Notes under the pieces: model-generated
What the model saw: the letters and a program-made list of their open reading frames with translations, nothing else
Database searches by the model: none
Told to the model about the DNA's origin: nothing
Made by a program: the position numbers and the translations under genes
Part shown: one piece after another, positions 51,126 to 60,305 of the stretch
Layout: each line of letters opens with the position of its first letter
How positions within the stretch are numbered: the first letter of the stretch is position 1
Origin: Bacillota bacterium
GTDB taxonomy: Bacteria; Bacillota; Halanaerobiia; Halanaerobiales; DATFIM01
Assembly: GCA_051744825.1 (NCBI GenBank)
Contig: JBNJDL010000001.1
Location: 1-60,475 of the forward strand
Length of the DNA: 60,475 nt
Direction of reading: 5' to 3'

Positions 51126-52339
51126 TTTAAAATCTTATTAGCTTTATTTTGAAAATCTTCTAAAGCCTCAGCTGGCTCTTTCATATCAGCAAATACTGCT
51201 TGCATTTCAGGATAGAATCTAGCTCTTAATTGACCGTATTCAGCTAAATCGCTTCCTTTATAAGTTGTATATTCTAAAAAGTCTTGCAGTATCCACATTT
51301 CTTTTAAATCATAAGCAGGAACAGTATTTTTCCAAGCTGAGAATCTACTTAAATATCTTGTAGCTTCTTTATTATAATTATTTATAAAGAATCTAACAAA
51401 TTTCTTAGCATATTCTATTTTTTCTTTATCGCCGTTATCAAATATTCCAAAAGCGTTAAAAGTTGCTACATGTTTTGGCTTAAGTCCTTCAGGATGTGGA
51501 GAAGCCATCATTATTGAATCAACTTTTTCAATATTATCTTCAGATAAGAAGTATGATCCACCATAAATAATTGCTCCTACATTTCCTTCTAAATAATCTT
51601 GAATTACTTCAGTAGCTTTTACATTGCCTGGATTTCTATAAGTTAAACCCTCTTTTTGTAATTCTTTAAGATATTTTAACCCTTCAACAGCTTCAGGTTG
51701 ATTTATAACGACCTCTCCATCAACAATATATTCTGGACCATAATTTTGTAGGAATAATCTTATCCTATCATCGCCCTGCTCATTATTAATTCCAAATCCA
51801 AATGGAACTTTCACATAAGGTTTTATAGTTGTTAAGAATTCTTTAAATTCTTCTATAGTCCAATGTCTATCTTCAGGAATATCATATCCAGCTTTCTCAG
51901 CTATACTTTTATTAATAGTTATCGCACTTATATAGCTGGAAGTAGGATAAACATAAAGCTTATCATCTATCTCACAAAATTCTTTTACTGATTTATATAT
52001 ATTATTATTCTCTGTTTCAGTTAACTCAAACGGAACTAACTTTCCTTGAGCTGCATAAGATAACAATCTTGAATCTCCATCATAAATAATATCAGGAGTT
52101 GTATTAGAAGCTATCGCCATATTTACTTTTTCTGGGCCACCATTATATGGAATTGTTTGAAAGTTAATTTCTACCTCTGGATATTTATCCTCAAAAGCTT
52201 CTATAACCTCTTGCTCAAACCAACCGTTTTCAACACCATCTTTGTTCCATCTGGGATAGCCCCAATAGTCTAATTCTACAGCTCCGACAGATAATGTCAT
52301 AACAAAAACCAACAATAAAGCAATTAATAATTTTTTCAT
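51122..52339 (-). CDS. ABC transporter extracellular solute-binding protein (family 1, sugar type)
   Basis: N-terminal signal MKKLLIALLLVFVMTLSVGA with no Cys. About 400 aa with a typical SBP_bac_1 layout. Confidence 0.7.
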   Translation of the reverse strand: MKKLLIALLLVFVMTLSVGAVELDYWGYPRWNKDGVENGWFEQEVIEAFEDKYPEVEINFQTIPYNGGPEKVNMAIASNTTPDIIYDGDSRLLSYAAQGKLVPFELTETENNNIYKSVKEFCEIDDKLYVYPTSSYISAITINKSIAEKAGYDIPEDRHWTIEEFKEFLTTIKPYVKVPFGFGINNEQGDDRIRLFLQNYGPEYIVDGEVVINQPEAVEGLKYLKELQKEGLTYRNPGNVKATEVIQDYLEGNVGAIIYGGSYFLSEDNIEKVDSIMMASPHPEGLKPKHVATFNAFGIFDNGDKEKIEYAKKFVRFFINNYNKEATRYLSRFSAWKNTVPAYDLKEMWILQDFLEYTTYKGSDLAEYGQLRARFYPEMQAVFADMKEPAEALEDFQNKANKILK

Positions 52340-52365
52340 TATATAACCTCCAAGGGATTCTTTTT

Positions 52366-54108
52366 TTATTCTACATAACTATATTCATCTAAAATCATAT
52401 CTCTACAATTTTCTAATTCTTTTTTAAAAGCTCTTCTATATTCATTATATTTTCTTAATATTTTTTCTTGTTTATTCTTTTCGCTCAAATACATTCTTTT
52501 AGTGGCTTCATTGTATTCCATTATTTCCGGGATTAAAACTCGCTCAGTAAAATATTTAACATTATCAAATTGGTCAATCTTATTTTCTAATTCGCTGAGT
52601 CTGGTATTATCCCAATTGCCGTTATCATCTAAATTAGATATTAAGCCTCTAACTTCAAGAATAATTTTATGAGCAATATCTATTGCTTGATTAATTTCTT
52701 GTAAAGTCTTAGCCATTTTATCTTGAGCATCTTCTTTATAATCTTCAAATCTAGGTTTTTTGTTTTTATATAGTTCATCTAATATTTCTTTTGCATTAAT
52801 CTCACCTTCAAAAGAATCGATTACATCTTTTAATTTTTTATTCTCTGCACCTTTAAAATTACAACCGCCTTCAGTTGCGTCTATAACTTTACAATCAAAC
52901 TGCTCAAATAAACTTTCAAAATATGCAATCATAGTTTTATATTTCTTAGTAGTTTTAACTTTACCATCCCAGCCATCAATCTCAACAGTATCATAATCAT
53001 CAAATTCTTTGCCATCATAGCCTGACTTTTCTGAGTGATATTTATCATCAGTAAATGCCAAATCCTGCCCAACAAAAACTATTGGATCACAACCTAATTT
53101 ATAAGCTAAATAAGCTGAAGAGTGAGCAACAGTTCCGCCAGTCCTTATTGTTTCATATTCGCCTTTTAAATCTTCAATCCAACCGCTGAAATTTCTTTTC
53201 ATTGTAAAGAATAATTGTGGACCTTTCCAATTCCTATTAATCATATACTGATTGCCTAACTCAGAAGCTAAAATAGTGTCATCTATTTTATCAACAATAT
53301 CTTCAAAATGAATTTCCCAGTTTTCAACCTTGCCATCAATCGAAACAACAATATCCGGCTCAATTCCATGATTTAATAGTGCTTTAGTAGAACTCCCAGC
53401 TGAAATGATAATAGCTTTATCCTTAGCTTGCTTTAAGTCCTCTATATTTTTGTCAAGCGAAGGACCATTACTGACTACAATAGCTGGTATACCGCTTAAA
53501 TCATCAAAGAAGTCATCAGCTTTAGGACTATCTAATATATTACTAATATTCCCTATTATATTATTCCGCCATTTTCTAGAATGTCTTATATTAGTTATTA
53601 AATTAATCCTTTTATATTGTAATCCATTTTGTATCTCATCAATTAAGTTTTTGCTCATGTCAGGATAATTATTTTTATAGTAACTATTGTCAACTATTTC
53701 AGGAACTCTATTTAATTGTATATCTACAAATTCATTTACAGCTTGAAATACTGAAGATAATTGTTGGAATATAATTATTAGATTGTCTCTTTTAAATGTA
53801 TCACTAAAATCAAACTCATGGAGCAAAGCATAAAATACTGACATATTAGGCTCAATTATAATAATCTTCTCGCAGCGACCAATATTATTTACAGTTCCCT
53901 GCAGCCCAACAAATATTATCTGACTTCTATTATTATAATCTACGTCTACTATTTGATTAAAATTCTTGTATAAAAATTCTTCACCAGTAACTAAGTTTTT
54001 AACTATATTGCCTTCAATCTCAAATTGATGTTCCATTTTATTTAATAAAGTTTTTATGCTTGGATAATTTTTATTTAATGCATTTTTATTTTTATTGTAG
54101 TAGTTCAA
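52366..54108 (-). CDS. Maf-type (motility accessory factor, DUF115 / MptE-like) putative nonulosonic-acid protein glycosyltransferase
   Basis: IPAIVVSNGPSLDKN (GPSL motif) and VIDATEGG. N-terminus NKNALNKNYPSI resembles Maf N-termini. 580 aa. Confidence 0.65.
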   Translation of the reverse strand: MNYYNKNKNALNKNYPSIKTLLNKMEHQFEIEGNIVKNLVTGEEFLYKNFNQIVDVDYNNRSQIIFVGLQGTVNNIGRCEKIIIIEPNMSVFYALLHEFDFSDTFKRDNLIIIFQQLSSVFQAVNEFVDIQLNRVPEIVDNSYYKNNYPDMSKNLIDEIQNGLQYKRINLITNIRHSRKWRNNIIGNISNILDSPKADDFFDDLSGIPAIVVSNGPSLDKNIEDLKQAKDKAIIISAGSSTKALLNHGIEPDIVVSIDGKVENWEIHFEDIVDKIDDTILASELGNQYMINRNWKGPQLFFTMKRNFSGWIEDLKGEYETIRTGGTVAHSSAYLAYKLGCDPIVFVGQDLAFTDDKYHSEKSGYDGKEFDDYDTVEIDGWDGKVKTTKKYKTMIAYFESLFEQFDCKVIDATEGGCNFKGAENKKLKDVIDSFEGEINAKEILDELYKNKKPRFEDYKEDAQDKMAKTLQEINQAIDIAHKIILEVRGLISNLDDNGNWDNTRLSELENKIDQFDNVKYFTERVLIPEIMEYNEATKRMYLSEKNKQEKILRKYNEYRRAFKKELENCRDMILDEYSYVE

Positions 54109-54125
54109 AGACTATCTCCCTCCTT

Positions 54126-54335
54126 TTATTTTTCTTCAAAAGTAATTCCATTATCATCAATATATTCTTCAGTATGATTAACTTCACCTGTTAATATTTC
54201 ATGCGGTATCCCTTTTGGATAAGCTTTGCAATGATAATATTCTACACTTTCGTCATCATTTGGCTGTTTTACCCATTTCAAATGTTTACATATATTCCCT
54301 TTTAAGCAAGTAGCATCTTCTGAAATATATATCAT
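54126..54335 (-). CDS. Small hypothetical protein downstream of the MuF fusion
   Basis: Its start overlaps the stop of 54332..56062. Contains Cys and His residues (C..C...H...HC). Confidence 0.5.
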   Translation of the reverse strand: MIYISEDATCLKGNICKHLKWVKQPNDDESVEYYHCKAYPKGIPHEILTGEVNHTEEYIDDNGITFEEK

Positions 54336-56062
54336 TGTAATCCCTCTCTTATTAAGCCCATAATTTTATTTGCTAATGGTTTATCTGTATTTAATTCATC
54401 ATTTACAAAACTTTCAGCTACAAATTCTTTGTTATTAGTCCTAGCATACCCAGTGAGCTGATTATACATTTCCCTACTTGATAATTTAGAATATTTTTGA
54501 TAAGCTTCTTCAACAATATCATTTATTTTAGCTAAATTATTATAATGATAAGCATGACCGAATTCATGTGTTAATGTGTAATCCATACCATCTTTAACTA
54601 AACTGCTACCAAATTCAACTTTATTAGGATTTATAAAATAATCTGGATTAACAGTTACTGAATTATTTTGCGGGAAATATTGTCCAGCAGCTCCAGCATC
54701 ATCTCCAAATTTACCAATAAAACTCATATCATCAAAATTAGGTTTATTTGGCATTGTATTTTGAAGTTTTTTATCAAAATCCATTTTTCTTCTTTTAACA
54801 ATTTTTTCTAAAGTATCACCAGTTGCGCCTCTATCTTTATAATATTGTCTTATAGTTTTACCATCGAATAATGTTTCCCTCAATTCTTCTTCGGCTTCAT
54901 CAACCGCTTTCTGCCAATTCTTTAATTTTTGAGAATACATATCTGTGAAATTATCAATACTATTTGCTGTTTTTGGATATTTTTTACATAATTCATCAAA
55001 TCTTTTAGTAATTTCATTAAAAGCATTCATGTCCATATTATCTACTACTTCATCAGCCATATCTATATTTATATCATATTCTTTTTTAAAATAATCATCT
55101 GCTTGCTTTATATTATTAAAATCACCAATTGTCCCAGCAGCTCCATCTTTAACCCTACCGCCTGGCTTCATCTTCTCGCCATCTTTTTCAACAACAGGCA
55201 ACCAAGCACACCTACAATTTGGATGAACAGGAATAACTCCCCTTGCTCCATCAATGCTATAAGTTTGCCCTTCTAAACCTTGACAAATTCCGCAGACTCT
55301 TCCATCACCGGCTGTTGATAATTCAACTTCAGCTGTAACCTCTTTTAATCCAGCTTGTTGATAAGTATTTAAAGTGGCTTCAGCGTGAGCGTTAACGACT
55401 TCAGTTCTTGCCATAGTTCTTGCTCTAGTTATTCCTATCTTATCTACTCTTTTATTTAACATGGATGCTATCTGTCTTGGATTCTTGCCTTGGGCAAAAC
55501 CTTTAGATAACTCTCTGCCTATATCTCTATTCATTGCTTCAGTTATTCCATCAAGCGCTTTATAATTGCGGCTATATAATAATTCAACAGAATCCTTATG
55601 AACAGGCATTGCAAATATTGAACTGCCGCCTCCTGATGGAGTATTAATTCCAGTCTGATTAAGATAATTTCTGGCACTCTCATTTGCTTTTTGATAAGAT
55701 GATCTAATATATTTCTGCTGCCAATCTGAATTATCTAATATTTCTAATTCATTTCGTTCAACATTTCTAAGCCAACTCATAAATTCATCTAACTTTTTAG
55801 CATCTGTATCAAACTTAAATTGTTGATAAGGAACATCATAATTAGCTTTTAAGTCTTTATTCATAACTCTATTGGTTAATCCAAATATATCTAAATCTAT
55901 AATGCCTTCCCTAATTCTACCTTTTAATTTGCGAAATCTTTTATAACAATCAGCTGAATATCTTCTTCTAATAGTTTTAGTCTGAGTGGGGTCAATTTTA
56001 AATTGTGCATTAGTTGTTATATTATTATTTACATGTGTTCTATTTCCACATATTTTGCACAT
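54332..56062 (-). CDS. Head morphogenesis protein (Mu F / SPP1 gp7 family) fused to a C-terminal HExxH domain
   Basis: The MuF core is ITRARTMARTEVVNAHAEAT...CGICQGL...HPNCRC. The C-terminal roughly 280 aa carries THEFGHAYH and a downstream EFVAESF. Confidence 0.7.
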   Translation of the reverse strand: MCKICGNRTHVNNNITTNAQFKIDPTQTKTIRRRYSADCYKRFRKLKGRIREGIIDLDIFGLTNRVMNKDLKANYDVPYQQFKFDTDAKKLDEFMSWLRNVERNELEILDNSDWQQKYIRSSYQKANESARNYLNQTGINTPSGGGSSIFAMPVHKDSVELLYSRNYKALDGITEAMNRDIGRELSKGFAQGKNPRQIASMLNKRVDKIGITRARTMARTEVVNAHAEATLNTYQQAGLKEVTAEVELSTAGDGRVCGICQGLEGQTYSIDGARGVIPVHPNCRCAWLPVVEKDGEKMKPGGRVKDGAAGTIGDFNNIKQADDYFKKEYDINIDMADEVVDNMDMNAFNEITKRFDELCKKYPKTANSIDNFTDMYSQKLKNWQKAVDEAEEELRETLFDGKTIRQYYKDRGATGDTLEKIVKRRKMDFDKKLQNTMPNKPNFDDMSFIGKFGDDAGAAGQYFPQNNSVTVNPDYFINPNKVEFGSSLVKDGMDYTLTHEFGHAYHYNNLAKINDIVEEAYQKYSKLSSREMYNQLTGYARTNNKEFVAESFVNDELNTDKPLANKIMGLIREGLQ

Positions 56063-56065
56063 CCA

Positions 56066-56257
56066 CTAAAACCCCTTTTCGTCTAAGTTTCGTTGATTCT
56101 CCTTTTTATCTTCTTTCAATTTTTTAAGATAATACTTTTTAGCTTTAAGCTCTAACTCTAATGACTCAATCTGATGTTCTAAATTATCAATATTAGCATA
56201 TATCTCTTTTTGCCTTTGGAATAAATTTACTATTTCAGTTGTTGAGATAAATTTCAC
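56066..56257 (-). CDS. Small coiled-coil protein
   Basis: ORF with a GTG start overlapping the upstream stop. Confidence 0.45.
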   Translation of the reverse strand: MKFISTTEIVNLFQRQKEIYANIDNLEHQIESLELELKAKKYYLKKLKEDKKENQRNLDEKGF

Positions 56258-56397
56258 TCCTTATCTAATAGTTTGTCTAATTTAGCCTCTATTCTTTTTT
56301 GCCTTTCAGCATTAGAATCGACTTGTTTTAATATTTTCTTAGACTTCTTTAGATTAAGCTCAACATATCTCAATAAATCTTTTGTAAATCCAGGCAT
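56254..56397 (-). CDS. Small hypothetical protein (47 aa)
   Basis: ATG 56397 after GGAGGGGGAATTCTA. Fills the portal-proximal gap. Confidence 0.4.
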   Translation of the reverse strand: MPGFTKDLLRYVELNLKKSKKILKQVDSNAERQKRIEAKLDKLLDKE

Positions 56398-56411
56398 TAG
56401 AATTCCCCCTC

Positions 56412-57773
56412 CTAATTTAGATTATTAAACTGTTCCTGGACTTCATCATCTTCTTCATCTAACGGCTCTTCTTCTAAATCATTAATTGGAAGATTAAGCT
56501 CATCTCTTAATATCTTCTCAATATCAACAATAGAGCCAGCAGCTCCTTTTGCGTATTCATTAGCAGCTTTAGCTTTAGATAAGTGCATTTCAGCTTTTTC
56601 TTTATCATCAAGTTCAATAAGTTCATGCCAATTAATTTTATATTCAACTTTAGGAAGTGCGCCATATTTAATTAATCTATCAATAAATGGCCTTAAGATT
56701 GTAGGCTCAGCAAAATTAGTCTGCCTTGTTTTTATGATACTTGACCAGTTTTTAGCGTCCTGAGAAGATGATAGTTCTCCTCTTTCTGAGCCGAGTAATA
56801 TTCTTTTAGGAATACCAGTAGTTGCTGAAATTAAACTCATTATAACCTCAAAAGTAGGTTTCGGATTGGCTACACTCACACCTAAGTCTTTTAATTCTAC
56901 ACCTTGAGTTCTTACATATCTTCTTAATCCATTAAAGTATTCATCTAATTCATCTTGTAAATCTTCCATATCTTCAGTTCCTGGATCAAACTCTTCACTA
57001 ATATCAGCATGTAATCCTTTTCTAGCATTCTGCCAAAACATCTCAGGACTACCACCAGCTACTTTATATAAATCATCTAACAAATTATAAACTCTTTTTA
57101 AATCTGGCCTACCATAAATCTCATCTTCTTCTAAATTATCAGCTATATGGATAACTCTTGAATGATGGACTTTTGTAGTTTTAGACTTATCTGAATCTAA
57201 AGTATTATTCCCAATCTCAATTGAATAATATTTAGGTAGTCTAAATCTTGGATTAAATGGATCATCTTCAAAAGTATCTATATCAACTCTTCCTTGAGAA
57301 TATGGTGCTAAAAATATTATATCTTCCGGGCCGCTTAATTTAGGCATTTCATCTGACAATTTACCTTTTCCTTTTGCGCCTATTAATAACACACCAAATT
57401 CGCCAATTCTTGAAAGTTTATCAGCTCTCTTAAAATAATGTGAGATTCTTAGTCTATCTTCTAATTTATCCCAAGCTTTTTCAAACTCAGTATTCCTTTC
57501 TTCATCATCGGTTTCATGTATATCTGGCATATCTTTCCAGGTTTCATCTGCTGGAGCATCTATAATTCTGCCAGCAATATCTTGCCTTTGATATTTAGCC
57601 ATATAATTATTAAAAGCTATTTTATCTTTATAACCGAATGTATCATAATAATCTCTATTACCTTCAAATGACTGACCGAGATAACCGGCTAAAGTTTTTC
57701 TAGCAAGCAATGTTGTGTTCTGTATTAGTTTATTGAATTGAGATTTATTCATTTTAATTTCTTTATCGCTCAA
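56412..57773 (-). CDS. Portal protein
   Basis: 453 aa, directly after the large terminase. Acidic C-terminus. TTG start after AAGGTGGTG. Confidence 0.75.
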   Translation of the reverse strand: MSDKEIKMNKSQFNKLIQNTTLLARKTLAGYLGQSFEGNRDYYDTFGYKDKIAFNNYMAKYQRQDIAGRIIDAPADETWKDMPDIHETDDEERNTEFEKAWDKLEDRLRISHYFKRADKLSRIGEFGVLLIGAKGKGKLSDEMPKLSGPEDIIFLAPYSQGRVDIDTFEDDPFNPRFRLPKYYSIEIGNNTLDSDKSKTTKVHHSRVIHIADNLEEDEIYGRPDLKRVYNLLDDLYKVAGGSPEMFWQNARKGLHADISEEFDPGTEDMEDLQDELDEYFNGLRRYVRTQGVELKDLGVSVANPKPTFEVIMSLISATTGIPKRILLGSERGELSSSQDAKNWSSIIKTRQTNFAEPTILRPFIDRLIKYGALPKVEYKINWHELIELDDKEKAEMHLSKAKAANEYAKGAAGSIVDIEKILRDELNLPINDLEEEPLDEEDDEVQEQFNNLN

Positions 57774-57797
57774 ATAATTTCACCACCTTATATACAA

Positions 57798-57896
57798 AGC
57801 TGTGAGAAGCTCTATATGGAGTTTTATAGTCTAAGTAGTATATTAATACTTATATAAGCTTAAAATGTCCTCATCAATCTTACACAAGCTGTGCGG
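57798..57896 (-). promoter_or_regulatory. Conserved intergenic element, family 2 copy C (between large terminase and portal)
   Basis: Minus strand: CCGCACAGCUUGUGUAAGAUUGAUGAGG-58 nt-GCUUCUCACAGC. Confidence 0.5.
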
Positions 57897-57926
57897 TATG
57901 TATCTATGTAATACCTACACCACACA

Positions 57927-59354
57927 TTAACTGCCCCATGTAATTCTTGACTTTTTATTCCTAACTCTATCAGCTAATCCTGTTAAACTATCAGGAGCAT
58001 CATCATGTTTATTTTTGCCTGCTTTAGAATATGTCAAAAATTGCTGCATGAATTTATCATAAGGACTTCCTTCTTCATAATCTTTCCTAAAATAGAAGTT
58101 CTCTTTTATAAATCCAGATTGCATTAGAATTCTTGTTTCCTTATTTCTAGTCTCAGCTCTGGAATTAACATTACAATAATAATTGCTCTGATGTAATAAT
58201 TCCTTTATATCTTTAGCAAATATTCTGCCCCCGTTATTGGATTCAATAGTTACATCTTCTATATCATTATTTATAATTGATTGAACAACAAGCGGCTCAC
58301 TAATTTCAACTGGCTCCTGAGTAAAAACTACATCTGTTATAAAATACTTACCTTTTATTTTTTTAGCTATTGGGAACGATAAAAAGTCAGTGCCTTCATC
58401 TGCTGTATCACAAAAACCAATAATTGCATCCGGCTTATGATTCTTAATATCTTCTAAATTAAATCTGTTCAACTCATCTTGCTTAAATAATAAGCCTTTA
58501 GCTTCAATTGGATTTTGCATCCACTCAGCTTGCCAAATCATATCATCATTTATTTTCTTCTCTTCTAACAATTCTTCTTTAGAATGAGCAGCTTCACAAT
58601 AAGACTTGCCATCTATAATAGCAGGGATTACAATTTTTTCAGCATCCGGTGAATCAAAATAATCATCTTGAATTAACTTTCCTGGTATATCATTAACTGA
58701 CCACCTAGTTGCTATATGAATTTCAGGGCAACCTTTTTCTTTCCTGGATCTGTGAGTTGATGTATACCAATCCCACTTTTTGTTAAGTGTATTCTCATTC
58801 ATTGCCTCTTCCCAGTTTTTAACTGAGTCATCTAAGATTGCAACTTTACTACAACCAAAGCCAATAATTGAGCCACCAACACCAGCACCAAAATATGATA
58901 CTCCCTTTTGGGATTGTTTTAACTTCCAGCCATCTACTTTATCAACACTAAACTTAATTTGCGGAAATATTTCTTTGTATTTATTATCATGAGTTTCCCC
59001 TTGCATTATATCTCTACAATCCGTGGAGAACTTAGAATAAAGTGTAGCTGTTACTGTATTCCGCATGATTGAGCCTGTTGGATCTCTCCCTAAACTCCAA
59101 GCAGCAAATAAAGTTGTTATATAAGATTTGCCAGTTCTAGGAGGCATTGCTACATATAATAAATTAAGATTGCCTTCTTCAATTCTTTGGAAAGCCTCAG
59201 CTACTGGTTTTAAGATTGAACTCCTATTATAAAAGAATTCATAATCCATATATAAGCAGAAGTCCCAAAAGTTTTCATAAGCTTCTAGCTGCTTAAGCTC
59301 TCTAAAATCTTTATCAAGTTTTATCAGCTCATAAAATTCTTCATGATTTAACAT
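57927..59354 (-). CDS. terL: Terminase large subunit
   Basis: 475 aa. Walker A-like PPRTGKS. Acidic nuclease half with C-terminal HDDAPD. Lies after the small subunit. Confidence 0.85.
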   Translation of the reverse strand: MLNHEEFYELIKLDKDFRELKQLEAYENFWDFCLYMDYEFFYNRSSILKPVAEAFQRIEEGNLNLLYVAMPPRTGKSYITTLFAAWSLGRDPTGSIMRNTVTATLYSKFSTDCRDIMQGETHDNKYKEIFPQIKFSVDKVDGWKLKQSQKGVSYFGAGVGGSIIGFGCSKVAILDDSVKNWEEAMNENTLNKKWDWYTSTHRSRKEKGCPEIHIATRWSVNDIPGKLIQDDYFDSPDAEKIVIPAIIDGKSYCEAAHSKEELLEEKKINDDMIWQAEWMQNPIEAKGLLFKQDELNRFNLEDIKNHKPDAIIGFCDTADEGTDFLSFPIAKKIKGKYFITDVVFTQEPVEISEPLVVQSIINNDIEDVTIESNNGGRIFAKDIKELLHQSNYYCNVNSRAETRNKETRILMQSGFIKENFYFRKDYEEGSPYDKFMQQFLTYSKAGKNKHDDAPDSLTGLADRVRNKKSRITWGS

Positions 59355-59364
59355 ATTGCCTCCG

Positions 59365-59826
59365 CTAATCTTTATTAAGTTTATTCCTTAATTCCTGGAT
59401 TCTTTTATTTCTTTCTTCTTCAGACATATCAGTAATATCTTGAGTAGTCTGGTTAATATTGACATTCTGTTCTTTATTCCAATCAGGATAATTATTTGTT
59501 AGGGCAAACATAACGCCTCTAGTTGTTCCTTTAGTCCTATACAATTCTTCTGCAGCATAGGCTTCAATTTTTTCTTTCGCGCGACTAATGATGTTATGAA
59601 ACTCATCCCCATATTCTTTCTGGTACCTGAGCAACGTTGACCTATTTGTATCTAATGCTACTGCCAAACCTGCTACTGTTGGAGGCCTATGATAAACTCT
59701 AATTTTATTTCCATCAGCGTCCTCTATTACTTTAGTTATTGAGTCAAAATATTTATTTACATCTTTTTGCATTTCATCTGGATCTTCATATAATTTCCTT
59801 GGCCCACCTCTACTACCTACAGTCAT
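59365..59826 (-). CDS. terS: Terminase small subunit
   Basis: PPTVAGLAVALDTNRSTLLRYQ HTH block typical of small terminases. Lies upstream of terL. Confidence 0.75.
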   Translation of the reverse strand: MTVGSRGGPRKLYEDPDEMQKDVNKYFDSITKVIEDADGNKIRVYHRPPTVAGLAVALDTNRSTLLRYQKEYGDEFHNIISRAKEKIEAYAAEELYRTKGTTRGVMFALTNNYPDWNKEQNVNINQTTQDITDMSEEERNKRIQELRNKLNKD

Positions 59827-60014
59827 TTTAATTCACTTCCTTTAAATTCTATTCCATATTTTATTGTTTTATTTACAAAATCATTGTATATACTTTTAAT
59901 TTTATTTTCATTTATCAGCTGAAGCTTATCGCTTATAACTAATATAATTATAACAACTTTTATTAAAAACACATACCATGATTTTAATTTTATATTAACG
60001 TGTAATCTTTTCAT
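59823..60014 (-). CDS. Small membrane protein
   Basis: Hydrophobic helix WYVFLIKVVIIILVI. Confidence 0.45.
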   Translation of the reverse strand: MKRLHVNIKLKSWYVFLIKVVIIILVISDKLQLINENKIKSIYNDFVNKTIKYGIEFKGSELK

Positions 60015-60015
60015 A

Positions 60016-60150
60016 TTAAACCTCTCTTAGATTGCCTAAATGAAGTTTGCTCATACATTTTGGACATTGAAGGGAACCAGCGTGTAACCTTCTTTTCTTC
60101 CATTGATTTAAGTTCATTATCTTTCCACACATTGGACATTGTAAGCCGAT
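60016..60150 (-). CDS. Small zinc-ribbon ORF lacking a canonical start codon at the RBS-spaced position
   Basis: GGAGTGATTAAA-ATC-GGC...: the frame reads (I)GLQCPMCGK...LQCPKCMSK. The first in-frame ATG is at 60132. Its stop abuts the next start. Confidence 0.35.
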   Translation of the reverse strand: MGLQCPMCGKIMNLNQWKKRRLHAGSLQCPKCMSKLHLGNLREV

Positions 60151-60221
60151 TTTAATCACTCCTTAGAATAAATATATTCATATTATATTAAATACACTCA
60201 TTTATTATTTAATGGATATAT

Positions 60222-60297
60222 TGGTTGCGGCAGGCAGATTCGAACTGCCAGCTTTGGGATATGAACCCAACGAGTTAAACCGTTACTCTATGCCGCT
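60222..60297 (-). tRNA. tRNA-Met (CAU), initiator-like
   Basis: Hand-folded 76-nt cloverleaf with encoded CCA. Anticodon loop UUCAUAU. GGG:CCC closes the anticodon stem. A11:U24 pair. Position 1:72 is an A-A mismatch. Confidence 0.8.
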
Positions 60298-60305
60298 AAA
60301 TTTTA

